Below, piece by piece: positions 25,354-38,083 of a stretch of DNA of 64,000 nucleotides. The DNA comes from Raja brachyura. Lineage: Eukaryota. Where the stretch lies: positions 43,648,001 to 43,712,000 of the forward strand of contig OY740803.1 in NCBI GenBank assembly GCA_963514005.1. Direction: 5' to 3'. The notes below the pieces were generated by a model, which had not been told where the DNA came from, did not search any database, and saw only the letters and a program-made list of their open reading frames with translations. Both the position numbers and the translations under genes were made by a program. How positions within the stretch are numbered: the first letter of the stretch is position 1; every line of letters begins with the position of its first letter.

Positions 25354-26414
25354 TAACTCTCTCTTAAATCCATCCAGTGACTTGGCCTCCACTGCCCTCT
25401 GTGGCAGGGAATTCCACAAATTCACAACTCTCTGGGTGAAAATGTTTTTTCTCATCTCAGTCTTAAATGGCCTCCCCTTTATTCTAAGACTGTGTGTGGT
25501 CCCTGGTTCTGGACTCACCCAACATTGGGAACATTTTTCCTGCATCTAGCTTGTCCAGTCCTTTTATAATTTTATATGTTTCTATAAGATTCCCCCTCAT
25601 CCTCATAAACTCCAGTGAATACAAGCCTAGTCTTTTCAATCTTTCCTCATATGACAGTCCCGCCATCCCATGGATCAATCTCGTGAACCTACGCTGTACT
25701 GCCTCAATCACAAGGATGTCCTTCCTCAAATTAGGTTCTTAGGCTTCTGAACGGTCCAACCATAAACTAGACTACTGTCTGATTCACCTCTACCCCAGCA
25801 TGGACATTGGACTTTGTATGTGGAACTGATGCGCTGCAATGCTGAGAAATATATTCTGCAATCTGCATCTTCCCCTTTGTTCTACCTATTGTACATGAGT
25901 TTGGCTTGATTGTATTTATGTCTAGAATGATGTGACATGCAAAACATGTGACAATAATAAATCTAATCCTATACCTAAACGTAGCGAAGACTTCCAAAAT
26001 TTAGATCCAGCAATGATAAAGGATATAATTCCAAGAGGGGTCGGCGTGCAATTTGAGGGTGGTGGTCTTCCTGTGTATCTGCTGCCTCCCTCCATTCCTG
26101 GTGCTAGAGACTGGGTTGGAAGAATAGCCTAAGCAAGTAACAGCAGTGGATTGTGCAGATGGTGTACCCCGCATCGAATGTGTACTGGTGATGGATAGGG
26201 TTATTAGGCAACTGAACTATCCTGCCAACAACTAATGGCAGTCCAGAACTACTGCCTACCTCATTGGAGACCATTGGACTATTTCTGATTGGACTTTGCG
26301 GCCTTTATCTTGCACTGAACGTTATTCACATTATTCCCTTCATCATGTATCTGCACTGTGTGGATGGCCCGATTATTTGTGTAACGCCCGATTATAATCA
26401 TGTATTGTCTTTCC

Positions 26415-26535
26415 CCTCCTTCTAAAGCCTAAAGTTGTTGGACAACTTGTTCTATTTGATCTACCGTTTGTGCACATCGAGTTGATTGCATTAGTCGAAA
26501 CGGGGCGGACCACGTGAAGGTTGCATCTTCCACCC
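26415..26535 (-). mobile_element. Second short retroelement headed by an HDV-like ribozyme
   Basis: 9-bp TSD tgtctttcc (26406-26414 / 26536-26544) inside a LINE 3'-UTR relic; minus strand runs GGGTGG...taggctttagaaggagg. Confidence 0.8.
26484..26535 (-). ncRNA. Candidate minimal HDV-like self-cleaving ribozyme
   Basis: GGGTGG-AA-GATGCA-ACC-TTCACGT-GGT-CCGCCCC-G-TTTCGA-CTAA-TGCAATC = P1/P2/P3/L3/P3'/P1'/mini-P4/J4-2 (CUAA)/P2'. Confidence 0.8.
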
Positions 26536-28518
26536 TGTCTTTCCGCTGACTGTTTGGCACGCACCAAAAGCTTTTCACTGTGCCTCGGTACGTGTAACAA
26601 TAAACTAAACTCAATCAAACGGTCCGCTTTCTCCTGGATAATGTCAAGATTCTGAATAGCTATTGGAGCTGCATTCATCCAGCCAAGCGAAGAGTATTCC
26701 ATTGTTTTTGGTTTCTGTGATGAAGGGGATCTTGGAAGGAAGCCAAGATGCATCATCTATTTGGCACTGTGTAGGAAGGAACTACAGTTGCTGGTTTAAA
26801 CTGAAGACAGACACAAAATGCTGGAGTAACTCAGTGGAACAGGCAGCATCTCTGGAGAGAAGGAGTGGGTGACTTTTTGGGTTGTCCCTTCATCAGTTTA
26901 TTTGCCATTTGGTAGATTGGCCATCTATTTGGCCCTTCTGGCTGCACACAGGTGTGAATGTTTCTGCTTTATGTCCAGCATTCACATGCTGGGCTCCACC
27001 ATCAATGAAGATGGGAATGATCGTGGAAACTCCTCCTCCCCTTCTCTGTTTAATTGCTCACTACCATTCTAGATATGGTAGAAATGCAGAGCTGAAGTTA
27101 ATGCTGAAGCAACTTTGACTGGGCATGCTTTTCCCAATCTTCCATTGCAAGTCACACTAAAACAATTTGTATTGCTTGGCCACGAAATCATCAGAGGTTG
27201 TGAGGTAGTGGTGTCTCGATTAATGAAAGGATGGTCTCTAAATAATAGTGGGGAAAGGGGTCATTGAGGTATGGGGGGGGGGGGGGGGGGGGGGGTAGAG
27301 ATGCATCATTATCATCTTCCAAATGAAAATGATGCACCAAACAAGGCAGATGACTGGAGCAAGCCCTTTTCACTCATACGAGGGCACAATTTTTTCAGGT
27401 TAATCAACTATGATGCTACAAGAGCCAGACACTTATTTTGCTGATGCACTGCACACAAGACTAGTCCATATCTCTTCCCTATTTCCTGCTATTGTATTTT
27501 AGTATCTCTTGCTTTGAAATTATTATCATTTCTAATTTGAAATTTCAGCATCAGGTGAGTGCAAAAGTGTCTTCTGATTTTATAATTACTCAATTGTGTG
27601 TACATTGAGATGCTCTGCTCAACACCTGAACCGGGTATTCCAACTGCTGTCCTATTTGCCTTCCATTGATATATAACCTCACAAAATGTGAGGCAACAAT
27701 GGGCTTGTTCAAAATCGTTAAAATGGTAGAAAGTGATCCTTTAAGACCAGATATATTTCACAGCTGGAATTAGCCCACGGAACTAGGTCAGCAATCTAAT
27801 TGCCGAAGAATTATATGCATTGAAAAGTGAGAGAGGAAAGATTTAAAGGCGACTTTTTCACACATAGCACGGTGGTTAAATTTAATGCGCTGCCAGAAAG
27901 TCATAGAAACTGGTATAATTACAAGAATTAAAAGATATTTGGACAAGTTCATGGATAAAAGTTTCTGGGGAGCTGGGTCAAAAACAGACAGATGGGACTA
28001 GCTCAAGAAAGCATGTTTGGTCGGCAGGGATGCGTTGGGCCAATGGGCCTGTTTCTGTGCTACATAACTCTCTGATTCGATGTCTTTGTAACTCAAACAA
28101 GGCATGGCCACTGGAAACACTATTTTCAAATGGTGTATTAGAGTGTAACTGTGGCAACACTGATCAAAGTACAGCTCACATCACAACACTTGATGGTTCA
28201 CATAAATTTGATTGTGACAGTACAGAGACTTCCTTGGGCATGAGTGTGGTTAATGTATCTTAAACTAGATTTATAATGATTGCTCTGAGTCAGCTGCACA
28301 AAAGTGGTGATCAGGAGGATAATGACACACAAACTGCATTATTACTTCATTAGTGTACATTAGTAGTTGCATTGTAAAATCTCTCACTGCTTGGGTAATT
28401 TTGCTTTCCTCCCTACGTGCCCAGATCTGCATTTCGAGCTTAACGAGTATTTTCGGCTGAGATTTTGCTGCTACCTTCAGCCAAAATAAAATTAAAATGT
28501 CAAGGTGTAGTTCCCTAA

Positions 28519-28810
28519 GGGCGGCACAGTGGTATAGTTGCTGCCTTACAGCGCCAGAGACCCTGACTATGGGTGCTGCTCTGTACAGGATTTGTACATT
28601 TTCCCCATGACCTGCAGGGTTCTTCTCCGCCATCTTCAGTTTCCTCCCACGCTCTAAAGACGTACAGGTTTGTAGGTTAATTGGCTTGATGTAAATGTAA
28701 AATTGTCCCTAGTGTGTGTAGGGTTGTGTTAATGTGCGGGGACCGTTGGTCAGTGTGGACTCGGTGGGCTAAAGGTTTGGTTTCAGCGGTGTATCTCGAA
28801 ACTAAACTAA
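28519..28810 (+). mobile_element. V-SINE (HE1-like)
   Basis: gggcggcacagtgg head, tttcctccca core, (aaact)n tail. Confidence 0.85.
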
Positions 28811-28997
28811 AGTGATGGTCAGCTGCTTGTCCTGTGAGAGACAACCTACTTTCATTGAGGCTTAATCAGATGCTTTGGTTAATTTATATTGGCCAATACA
28901 TAAAACATGATAATGCCAGAATGAAGTACAGGGGATGTTATTGGGACAGATAAAAAGTATCTGCTTGAGAACAAGTAGACCAGTATTTGTCAGTCAC

Positions 28998-29132
28998 CAG
29001 TCTCAAGAAGGGTCTTGACCCGAAACGTCACCTATTCCTTTTCTCCAGAGATGCTACCTGACCCGCTAAGTTACTCCAGCATTTTGTGTCTATCTTCAGT
29101 GTAAACCTGCATCTGCAGTTCCTTCCCACATA
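28998..29132 (+). mobile_element. PLE terminal-repeat fragment with degenerate hammerhead motif
   Basis: gtctcaagaagggtcttgacccgaaacgtcacc...catctgcagttccttcc. Confidence 0.75.
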
Positions 29133-29529
29133 GACCTGTATTTGTATTTTTTTTCATGGCTTCGATATGTCAGAAAGTATTTTGCCATGGTTGAAATACT
29201 ATTGAAGTGTGCTTGCATTGTAGGAAATGTAGCATATTGTACTAGTCCACTAAATATCTGATTAAGCATGAGTAATTTGAGGAAAAAAACATGAGCAGCT
29301 GCCAACTTAAGACTAGTTAAATTCAATGAACCATGGAAATATAATATAATGCCAAGTGTGTGTTACCCACCACACTTGTACGAGCATCCGCAGTCTTGCT
29401 GGTGTTTGTCTACATGTGGTGGGTAATGTACCGCATGTGCAAATCCTGACATTGCAATGCTTCAAACTTACCTGTATATTTCATATTCATGTGAAAGCCG
29501 GGCTTAACTGGTGTTGAGGTATTGATTCC

Positions 29530-29790
29530 GCAGAGTGGCGCAGCTGGTAGAGCCGTTGCCTCATGGCTCCAGAGAATCGGGTTCAAACCTGATCTTGGGT
29601 GATGTCTGTGTAGAGTTTGCATGTTTTCCTTGTGCTCCGGTTTCTGCCCACCTGTAGGTTAATTCGCCCTTTGTAAATTGCCCCTAGTGTGTAGGGATTG
29701 GATGAAAAAATTAGACAAACACGAAAATAGTGTGAACAGAGATTGATGGTTGGCATGGACTTGGTGGGCCGAAGGGCTGTATCTCTAATC
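29530..29790 (+). mobile_element. V-SINE (HE1-like), older copy
   Basis: gtggcgcagctggtagagc head; gggccgaagggc tail. Confidence 0.75.
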
Positions 29791-30656
29791 TAAAATGTAA
29801 CTATGGTGAACTAAAAAAAATCAAAAGAAGTATTATTAATGAAGGGGGAAAAATGCAATTACACTTCTGGTCAATGATCTTTCATTGGAATGATGTCATA
29901 TTTTGTTTTTGAGTAACTTTGATGTATGTATCCTTACCTTATTCAAAGGCTTTACCTGAAAGTGAAAATTTTGTGCTAAACAAAGTTCTCAAAGCATTGC
30001 TACCGGTGCAGTATGTTTCCCCTGCTCAAAGCATACGTGATGCCATGGAGTGCCTCTGTAACTCAAAGGTTTGTGAGAACAAGTAGTTCTAGACTAGCGA
30101 CAGGTCCTTCTTTTATACACCCGAGTCCTTTTGAAGTAGATTTTCAATCAAACATTGTGATCAATTTTTTTAGATAAAATGTACCGATACCTACAACTAG
30201 CTTGAACACGGTATGTGTTCTGTCATGAATTGTGAATTCTAAATCGCAAAATGGGTTTTGGCTTGCACAGCTGTTGCTGCCAACAACTGAAATGACATGA
30301 CATGTTTGAAATCAGCCTTCGGTTCTTTTGCATTTCCATTGCTGCCACGTATGCATTAGATTCCTCAACTCTTGAGTTCCTGTTGTTTAGTTTCGTTGAG
30401 GAGAGAACGTACAAACTCCCTGCTGATAGCACCCATAGTCAGGAGCGAACCAGCATCTCGGGTGCTGTAAGGCAGAGTTATGGGTTCATTGTTGAGACAT
30501 ATTGTGCTTTAAATGCCAACTTGTTGGATAGATGCTTGAACCACTTCAGCGAGCAGCCTTTGAAGGAAACAGGTCTATGCCTCAGTCTCTGCTGTACATA
30601 AACTGTCTTAAAACATTCTCTTTCATATATTCTGTCACCATGACATTAATTGTTTA

Positions 30657-30966
30657 CAGGTACACAAAAATGCTGGAGAAACTCAGCGGGTGCAGCAGCA
30701 TCTATGGAGCGAGGGAGATAGGTAACGTTTCGGGCTTCAGACTGATGGGGGGTGGGGGGAGGCGGGGGGAAGAAAGGAAAAAGGAGGAGGATGAGCCCGA
30801 GGGCTGAGGGAGAGGTAGGAAGGGGAGGAGACAGCAAGGGCGAACAGAATTGTGAGAATTCAATGTTCATGCCACCAGGATGATGACTCCCCACCTGCAC
30901 CCGCTGAGTTTCTCCAGCATTTTTGTGTACCTTCGATTTTCCAGCATCTGCAGTTCCTTCTTAAAC
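30657..30966. mobile_element. PLE insertion with inverted terminal repeats
   Basis: 14-bp TSD acattaattgttta (30643-30656 / 30967-30980); arms gtacacaaaaatgctggagaaactcagcgggtgcag and its reverse complement. Confidence 0.85.
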
Positions 30967-33900
30967 ACATTAATTGTTTATTTTTTGGCATCACCTTAAT
31001 CAGAGCAGTCTGAAGAAGGGTCTCGAACGGAAACGTCGCTTATTTCATTCGTTCCATAGATGCTGCCTCACCCGCAGAGTTTCTCCAACATTTTTGTCTA
31101 CCTTAACCAGAACATATCTCTCTTTAGCCCAAACTCCAGATTTTGATTAAATTGAGCTAATAGGTGGTTAGATCCATTTTTCTTTTAAGTATTGTTGTAG
31201 TGTGCGGGTACTATCGCAATGTTTAAGAAACATTTAGACAGGTACGTGGATAGAATAGGTTTAGAGAGATTTGGGCTAAACGCAGACAGATGGGAATGAA
31301 AGAGCTAATAGTCAAATCTAATAGTCAAATTTAAAATGGAGTCGTTCTGCTACAAAAGCATGGACTTGTAGAACAAAAGAATGGTTCGGTGCCATAAAGA
31401 AGCCAAGATTGAAAAACATAGCTGACGCTCCAGCTAATTTGTTATTGGATGAGCTTGATTTGGACCCATCTTTTCTTATATTCTGAAAGGCTACAAAATC
31501 TTTCAGTCATGCTATATTCAGTAGTGTTTTACTGATAATAAAAATGTATAATTGTGCTAACTGTCCTTTCTTTTGTGAGTGGGAGCCCGAGAAGCACTGA
31601 GCAACGTTTGTACTCATTGTAGATCGCCACTCCTGCCTGACGAATCAACTAAAGATTGCCATGGTTTTACCTTTAACAGTTTTTGTTGCTATCTGCTTTT
31701 AAGAAACAAACTTTGACAGGACTAGTGGAGATGGAACATGTTGGTTGATGTGTCAAAGTTGGGCCGAAGGGCCTTTTTTAACGGCGTATGACTGACTATA
31801 CGAGTTTTCTTCTCAAACGTGGAATATCATTTATCGAATGGGAATAACTTGGATATAATTCATGGTCCATTCAACCATCACTCGTTAAAATAAACATGGT
31901 TCTCTGCTCTCAAATATTATTCAGTAAGGTAAACTATCAAAATTAATTGGGTAATTTTAGCTTAATGCAGCAAACAAAATCTAAGACAAGAATGCACATG
32001 AGCAAGCAGTCATCACCAATTTCACTGCTGTATTTCAATCTATAGGAGGCTGCTTAAGATGAGTAAATCCTGCTTTAGGCGATACACATTTATTCTGGGC
32101 CACACAGCGAAAGACTTAATTTAAAAATTACCAAAGAGAGTTTCAGAACAAACTTAGCATGTTAAAGTTGTAATTATTTTTCCTTCAAGCCAGCTACTCA
32201 GGATGTTTTTGAATAGGAGAGTAAAATAAGGCATTTGTCAAAATGTATTAATTGACACATCAGAGTAACTGCATAACCTTCATTGCAAATATATATTTTT
32301 TAATTTTTAAAAATATATATATTTATTGGAAGCAATGCACATAATAATCATGGTATATAACATAATACATTTCATGTACAACTTTTTTTTGGATTGAAAA
32401 GAAAGAAAAAAGAGAAGGTTGAGAATAGTAGTGATGTGTAGGGTGCAATAATTAACGGTTAATGATTGATAATTAGATAAATAGACTGCGTCCTTAGAAG
32501 TGTAAAAAAAATCTAAAAAATAAATAATAATAAAAAACATTCTTCCTGTACCATTTGTATTGCACCAGTCTCTCTTTCAACAGATAAATGGAAAATATTT
32601 GTCCTGCCTCATAGCAGGATTCGGAAATAACTTCCAGTCCGAAGAAGGATCCCAACCCGAAAAGGCCCCTATCCAAGTTGGTCTTGAGGAGAGACCTGAC
32701 CCAAAACGTCACCTATCAATGTCCTCCAGATGCTGCCTGACCCGCTGTGTTGCTCCAGCAGTTTGTGTCCTTTTGTTTAAACCAGCATCTGCAGTTCCTT
32801 GCTTCTACATTTAGAAGCTAATTTGTTGGTCAGGAGAATCCAACCAATCTTTTCAATAAGTTTTGAAAACATGGTCCAGATATAATTTTTTTTAATTGCC
32901 TTGCTGTTTTCCTGTCCCTGCTCTAAGCGTTGTTTCTTAATGGCACCTTACACCACACTTATTTGAACCTTTTTGCAGAGATTGGGTGGAAATTACGTAT
33001 TTTGTAGTAGGTTTGTGAGATTATGATTGCGTACAACATGTACAGCATTAGGATTAATTTGATATTGGAAAGACGGCCTTTGAAGGGATGAAAGAAGTCG
33101 CACAGCTTGTGCAGTACTGTTGGTTGTGGAATGGCCATTGAATGCTCTAAGAATGACAGGCCGAAATTTTCAAGCATTAACTTGGAGGAAAGAATGAAGG
33201 GACCAAGAAACAAAAAGGAATGGGGAAGTTATGACCAATTTAGTTCAGACCAGTGCTTCTATTTTGTGATGGTACATGCCAGTATGTACCAATATCTCTT
33301 TTTAAAAAAACTTAAAAAAAACTAGATTTTCAAATGTTTAGAATTTTTAATATTACAAAAAGATTACAAAAAGATCACAAAAATGTTTTAATTAAGAAAT
33401 TTTAATTGCATTAGTTTGAAATTTGCATTAGTAGGTTGCTGTTTTGAGAATGGTATAAATTGATTTCAGTGTCATGGTCAATGCACTGCTGTAATTTAAA
33501 ATAAAACTGATGTTCAACTTGCGTTTTAAAAATATGACATGTCATTTTCATATTTAGATGAATGTTATATGGACACACTAAGCTTTCTCTGCACCATCCC
33601 CATCAAAGAAAGCCATAGTGTTCAAATTATAATTGTTAGTGAACTTTAGGGAGTTCCTCTGTGCACCAGTATCAGTCAGCAGCGAGCCTGCACTGTGAAT
33701 TCTGTGGAAAAAGTAACATGCAATCATCCCAAAACTATCTTAATCCCTTTTGTTCTACACCTCATGTTTTCAGGGAAGCCTGATGTGGCTGAAGCTTAAA
33801 TAATATTGGTGTAATCCTCCCATTAAAAAAAAAATTGCTTTGTAAACTCTAAAGTTAAATGAAAATATTATTTTTATTGTCGTCATCTACGATAGGATTT

Positions 33901-34519
33901 AGAGAATTATTTGAATGGAAAACAGGCTGGTGATATTTGTCTCTTTTCATTTGTCATTTAGTGAAGTTCATAGAGCGATTACACTATTTTAGTGCAAACA
34001 ATGTGTCAGCGTAACTGTTTTGAAGTAAATAGTGGAGCACAAAAGGAGCAGTTCATAAAATACACGAGGCAGAAATTGCCATCACTTCAGTTTGTCTGTG
34101 ACACTGGGAATGTACTAATCTTAAATCTTCAGCGAATGAAGCAGTCCATGCTAAACACAGCAGAGACACCATTCAGGCTTGGGCTGATAAGTGGTTAGCA
34201 ACATTAGTGCCACTAAAGTGTCAGACAGCGACTCAAGCATAAGAAAAGAAGCAACAGGCAGCCCATCAGCCCTATGAGTTTACTGAGCCATGAAATACAT
34301 TACCAGGACACTGCAGCTCCTTGCTGATGCTAATCTTATAACACTTCACAATCCTGTAAACCCCTGCCTCAAGAAGGACAAGGGCATTGAACGCATGGGA
34401 ACATCAACATTCGCACATTGTCATTGGTAATAGTACCTAAATTACATACACTAAATGTTCATCTTGGCTGATCTTATTTCAAAATGTATTTTTTCTTTAG
34501 TCTTGTCAATTAGCACCTA

Positions 34520-36276
34520 CAGTGCCCTACATAATGTTTGGGACAAAGACCCATCATTTATTTATTTGCCTCTCTACTCCACAATTTGAGAATGCTAATG
34601 AAAAAATTCACATGTGGTTAAATTGCACATTGTCAGATTTTATTAAAGGGTGTTTTTAAACATTTTGGTTTCATCATGTATAAATTACAGCTGTGTTTAT
34701 ACATAGTCCCCTCATTTCAGGGCACCATAATGTTTGGAACACATGGCTTCACAGGCGTTTGTAATTGCTCAGGTGTGTTTAATTGCCTCCTTAATGCAGG
34801 TATAAGAGAGCTCTCAGCACCGAGTCTTTCCTCCAGTCTTTCCATCACCTTTGGAAACTTTTATTGCTGTTTATCAACATGAGGACCAAAGTTGTGCCAA
34901 TGAAAGTCAAATAAACCATTACGAGACTGAGAAACAAGAACACAACTGTTAGAGACATCAGCCAAACCTTAAGCTTACTAAAATCAACTGTTTAGAACAT
35001 CATTAAGAAGAAAGAGAGCACTAGTGAGCTTCCTAATCACAAAGGGACTGGCAGGCCAAGGAAGACCTCCACAGCTGATGACAGAAGAATTCTCTCTATA
35101 ATAAAGGAAAAAAGCTAAAGATCAGAAACACTCTTCAGGAGCCAGGTGTGGATTTGCCAATGACCACCGTCCGCAGAAGACTTCATGAACAGAAATACAG
35201 AGGCTACACTGCAAGATGCAAACCACTGGTTAGCCACAAAAATAGAATGGCCGGGTTACAGTTTGCCAAGAAGTACTTAAAAGAGCAACCACAGTTCTGG
35301 AAAAGGTCTTGTGAACAGATGACCTGAAGATTAACAGATCAGAGTGATGACAAGAGCACAGTATGGAGGAGAGAAGGAACTGTCCAAGATCCAAATCTGT
35401 GAAACACGGTGGTGGGGTTGTTATGGCATGGGCATGTATGGTTGCTGAAGGTACTGGCTCACTTTTCTTCATTGATGATACAACTGCTGATGGTAGTAGC
35501 ATAATGAATTCTGAAGTGTATAGACACATCCTATCTGCTCAAGTTCAACCAAATGTCTCGAAACACATTGGCCGACAGTTCATTCTACTGCAAGACAATG
35601 ATCCCAAACATACTGCTAAAGCAACAAAGGAGTTTTTCAAAGCTAAAAAATTGTCCAGTCTTGAGTGGTCAAGTCAATCACCCGAACCAAACCCAATTGA
35701 GCATGCCTTTTATACGCTGAAGAGAAAATTGAAGGGGACTAGCCCCCAAAACAAGCATAAACTAAAGTGTTAAAGAAGGAACTGCAGATGCTGGAGAATC
35801 GAGGGTTACACAAAAAGCTGGAGAAACTCAGCAGGTGCAGCAGCATCTAAGGAGCGAAGGAGATAGGCGACGGGTCGAGACCCTTCTTCAGCTAAAAGCT
35901 AAAGATGGCTGCAATACAGGTCTGGCAGAGCATCACCAGAGAAGACACCCAGCAACTGGTGATGTCCATGAATCACAGACTTCAAGCAGTCACTGCATGC
36001 AAAGGATATGCAACAAAATACTAAACATGACTACTTTCATTTACATGACATTGCTGTGTCCCAAACATTACGGTGCCCTGAAATGGGAGGACTATGTATA
36101 AAAACTGCTGTAATTTCTACATGTGAAACCAAAATGTTTAAAAATGGCCTTTACTAAAATCTGACAATGTGCACTTTAACCACGTGATTTTTTTTCTATT
36201 ACAAATCTCAAATTGTGGAGTACAGACGCAATAAATAAATGAGCGGTCTTTGTCCCAAACATTATGGAGGGCACTG
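34520..36276 (+). mobile_element. Tc1-family transposon with long TIRs and a decayed transposase
   Basis: TA-cagtgccc...gggcactg-TA with ~200-bp TIRs; transposase from 34879 (MRTKVVPMKVK*) through VKHGGGVVMAWAC, QDNDPKHT, WSSQSPEPNPIEH, with stops and frameshifts; PLE fragment inserted at ~35768-35890. Confidence 0.95.
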
Positions 36277-36394
36277 TATCATAGTATAGAAACAATGATA
36301 TTAAAGAACGCAAAGTGCTGGAGTAACTCAGCGAGTCAGGCAGCGTCTCTGGAGATCATGGATAGGTGGCTTTTCAAGTTGGGACCCTTAAGAC

Positions 36395-36905
36395 TCTCCC
36401 GAACTTCTACAGGGGTGCACAGTAGAGAGCATGCTGACTGGTTGCATCGTGGCTTGGTTCGGCAACTTGAGCGTCCAGGAGCGGAAAAGGATGCAGAAAG
36501 TTGTGACCACTGCCCAGTCCATCATCGGCTCTGACCCCCCCACCATCGAAGGGATCTATCGCAGTCGCTGCCTCAAGAAGGCAGCCAACATCATTAAGGA
36601 CCCACACCATCCTGGTCATGCACTCACCTCGCCGCTACCATTGGGCAGAAGGTACAAGAGCCTGAGATCTGTTACATTCAAGTTGATGAACAACATCTTC
36701 CCCACAGCCATCAGGCTATTAAACTCGCCAACAAACAGACTCTGAATTGTAACAGCCTATTGCATTTTTTCTGCTTATTTATGTGTATATTGAACTGAAG
36801 TGTTCTGTATTTTTGCTTACAATATTCTGTTGTGCTGTAGCAAGCAAGAATTTCATTGTCCTATCTGGGACACATGACAATAAACTCTCTTGACTTGACT
36901 CTTGA
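36395..36905 (+). mobile_element. Rex1/Babar LINE 3' fragment
   Basis: ESMLTGCIVAWFGN...IIKDPHHPGHAL...GRRYKSL; (cttga)n tail. Confidence 0.85.
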
Positions 36906-37558
36906 CTAGTTTATTTTGAAATAGTAAGCATTTCCAAGCATTCCACATAAGTTCATAAGTTATAGGAGCAGAATTAATCCATTCGGCCCATCAAGTCTAC
37001 TCTGCCATTCAATTATGGCCGATCTATCTTCTCCCTTCAACCCCATTCATCTGCCTTCTCCCCATAACCCCAGCCACATGAGATATGCATTTGTAGTAAT
37101 GGAACAAAGATAAATAGATACTGTATTACAGAGAGGAAGTTTGGAGTGTGGCCCAAGATCCTCAATGAAGATTAAACGAGGGCTTGAGCAAGTGTGTCAG
37201 AATGATGGGTTGTAATGGCTTAAAGAGGCAAGGTGGGTTGCAATGGTGGTGAATGTTATGCATGGTAAACGGATGCCGGAATATTAGATGTTGCAAGATA
37301 GACTGAATTGCAGAAGAAAATGTTTTAATTGAAGCTGAGACTTCTTGGCGTTATGTGCTAGAGGACAGAGCAATGGACGAGATGGCGCCAGGTATAGGGA
37401 ATGTCAGCATCTGGAGAATGGAAAATAAATGAATCAAGCTTTCTATTACTGTATTTCAGAAACTTTTAAATTGTCTAGTTTATTGCAGATTTCCATACTT
37501 ATAGTCTTTTTATTATCTCTTCGTACAGTTTTGAGCACCTTATTTGTAGGTTTAAACG

Positions 37559-37718
37559 CAGCTGTAATTTCTACATGGTGAAACCAAAATGTATAAAAAT
37601 GCCCTTTAATAAAATCTGCACTTTAACCACGTGATTTTTTTCTATTACAAATCTCAAATTGTGGAGTACAGGGGCAAATAAATAATGGGTCTTTGTTCCA
37701 AACATTGTGGAGGGCACT
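37559..37718 (+). mobile_element. Solo right-TIR fragment of the Tc1 family
   Basis: Matches 36105-36276. Confidence 0.8.
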
Positions 37719-38083
37719 TTACGTAACCTTGTTCATACAAACATCATTCAATTCAATTGCTGTTAAACAACAATTTATCCTTCAAAGAGAAAAGTGAGTG
37801 GTAATGCAGAGGAGGGAAAAACGCAGCAGACGGACGTGATTGAAAAGAGAATGAAAAGGGGAAATGGGCATTAATGCAGCCAAAGAGGAGATAGACGGCA
37901 GTGAAAGGAGGGACAGCAGCAAAGTACAGAAATAATATTCAGATCATGTGGTAGCTAGTGGTGAACAAGTGCAAAAGTTTGAAGTGTTTGTTGATACTTT
38001 ATAGAAAGCACATTAACTGTGTGCCGTTGACACTTGGACTTAGAGTCCGAATCATGCAGCATGGAAACAGGTCCTTCGGTCCA

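Larger units (their letters stand above)
22369..25735 (-). mobile_element. CR1 3' fragment split by a Rex1 and a Harbinger MITE insertion
   Basis: Tail 22369-22482 (catagaaacatag...cctgccttc) resumes at 25005 (cttctccccatatccc) and at 25357-25735 (RRFTRLI...LEFMRMRG). Confidence 0.85.

Noticed and set aside
27273-27295. Long poly-G/poly-C runs (also ~1803, 16365, 52101, 60007)
   Set aside because: Homopolymers of uncertain length, several inside repeats; no specific function is supportable
31637-31660. CTGACGA followed by a small hairpin as a possible hammerhead
   Set aside because: No GAAA box or helix III follows
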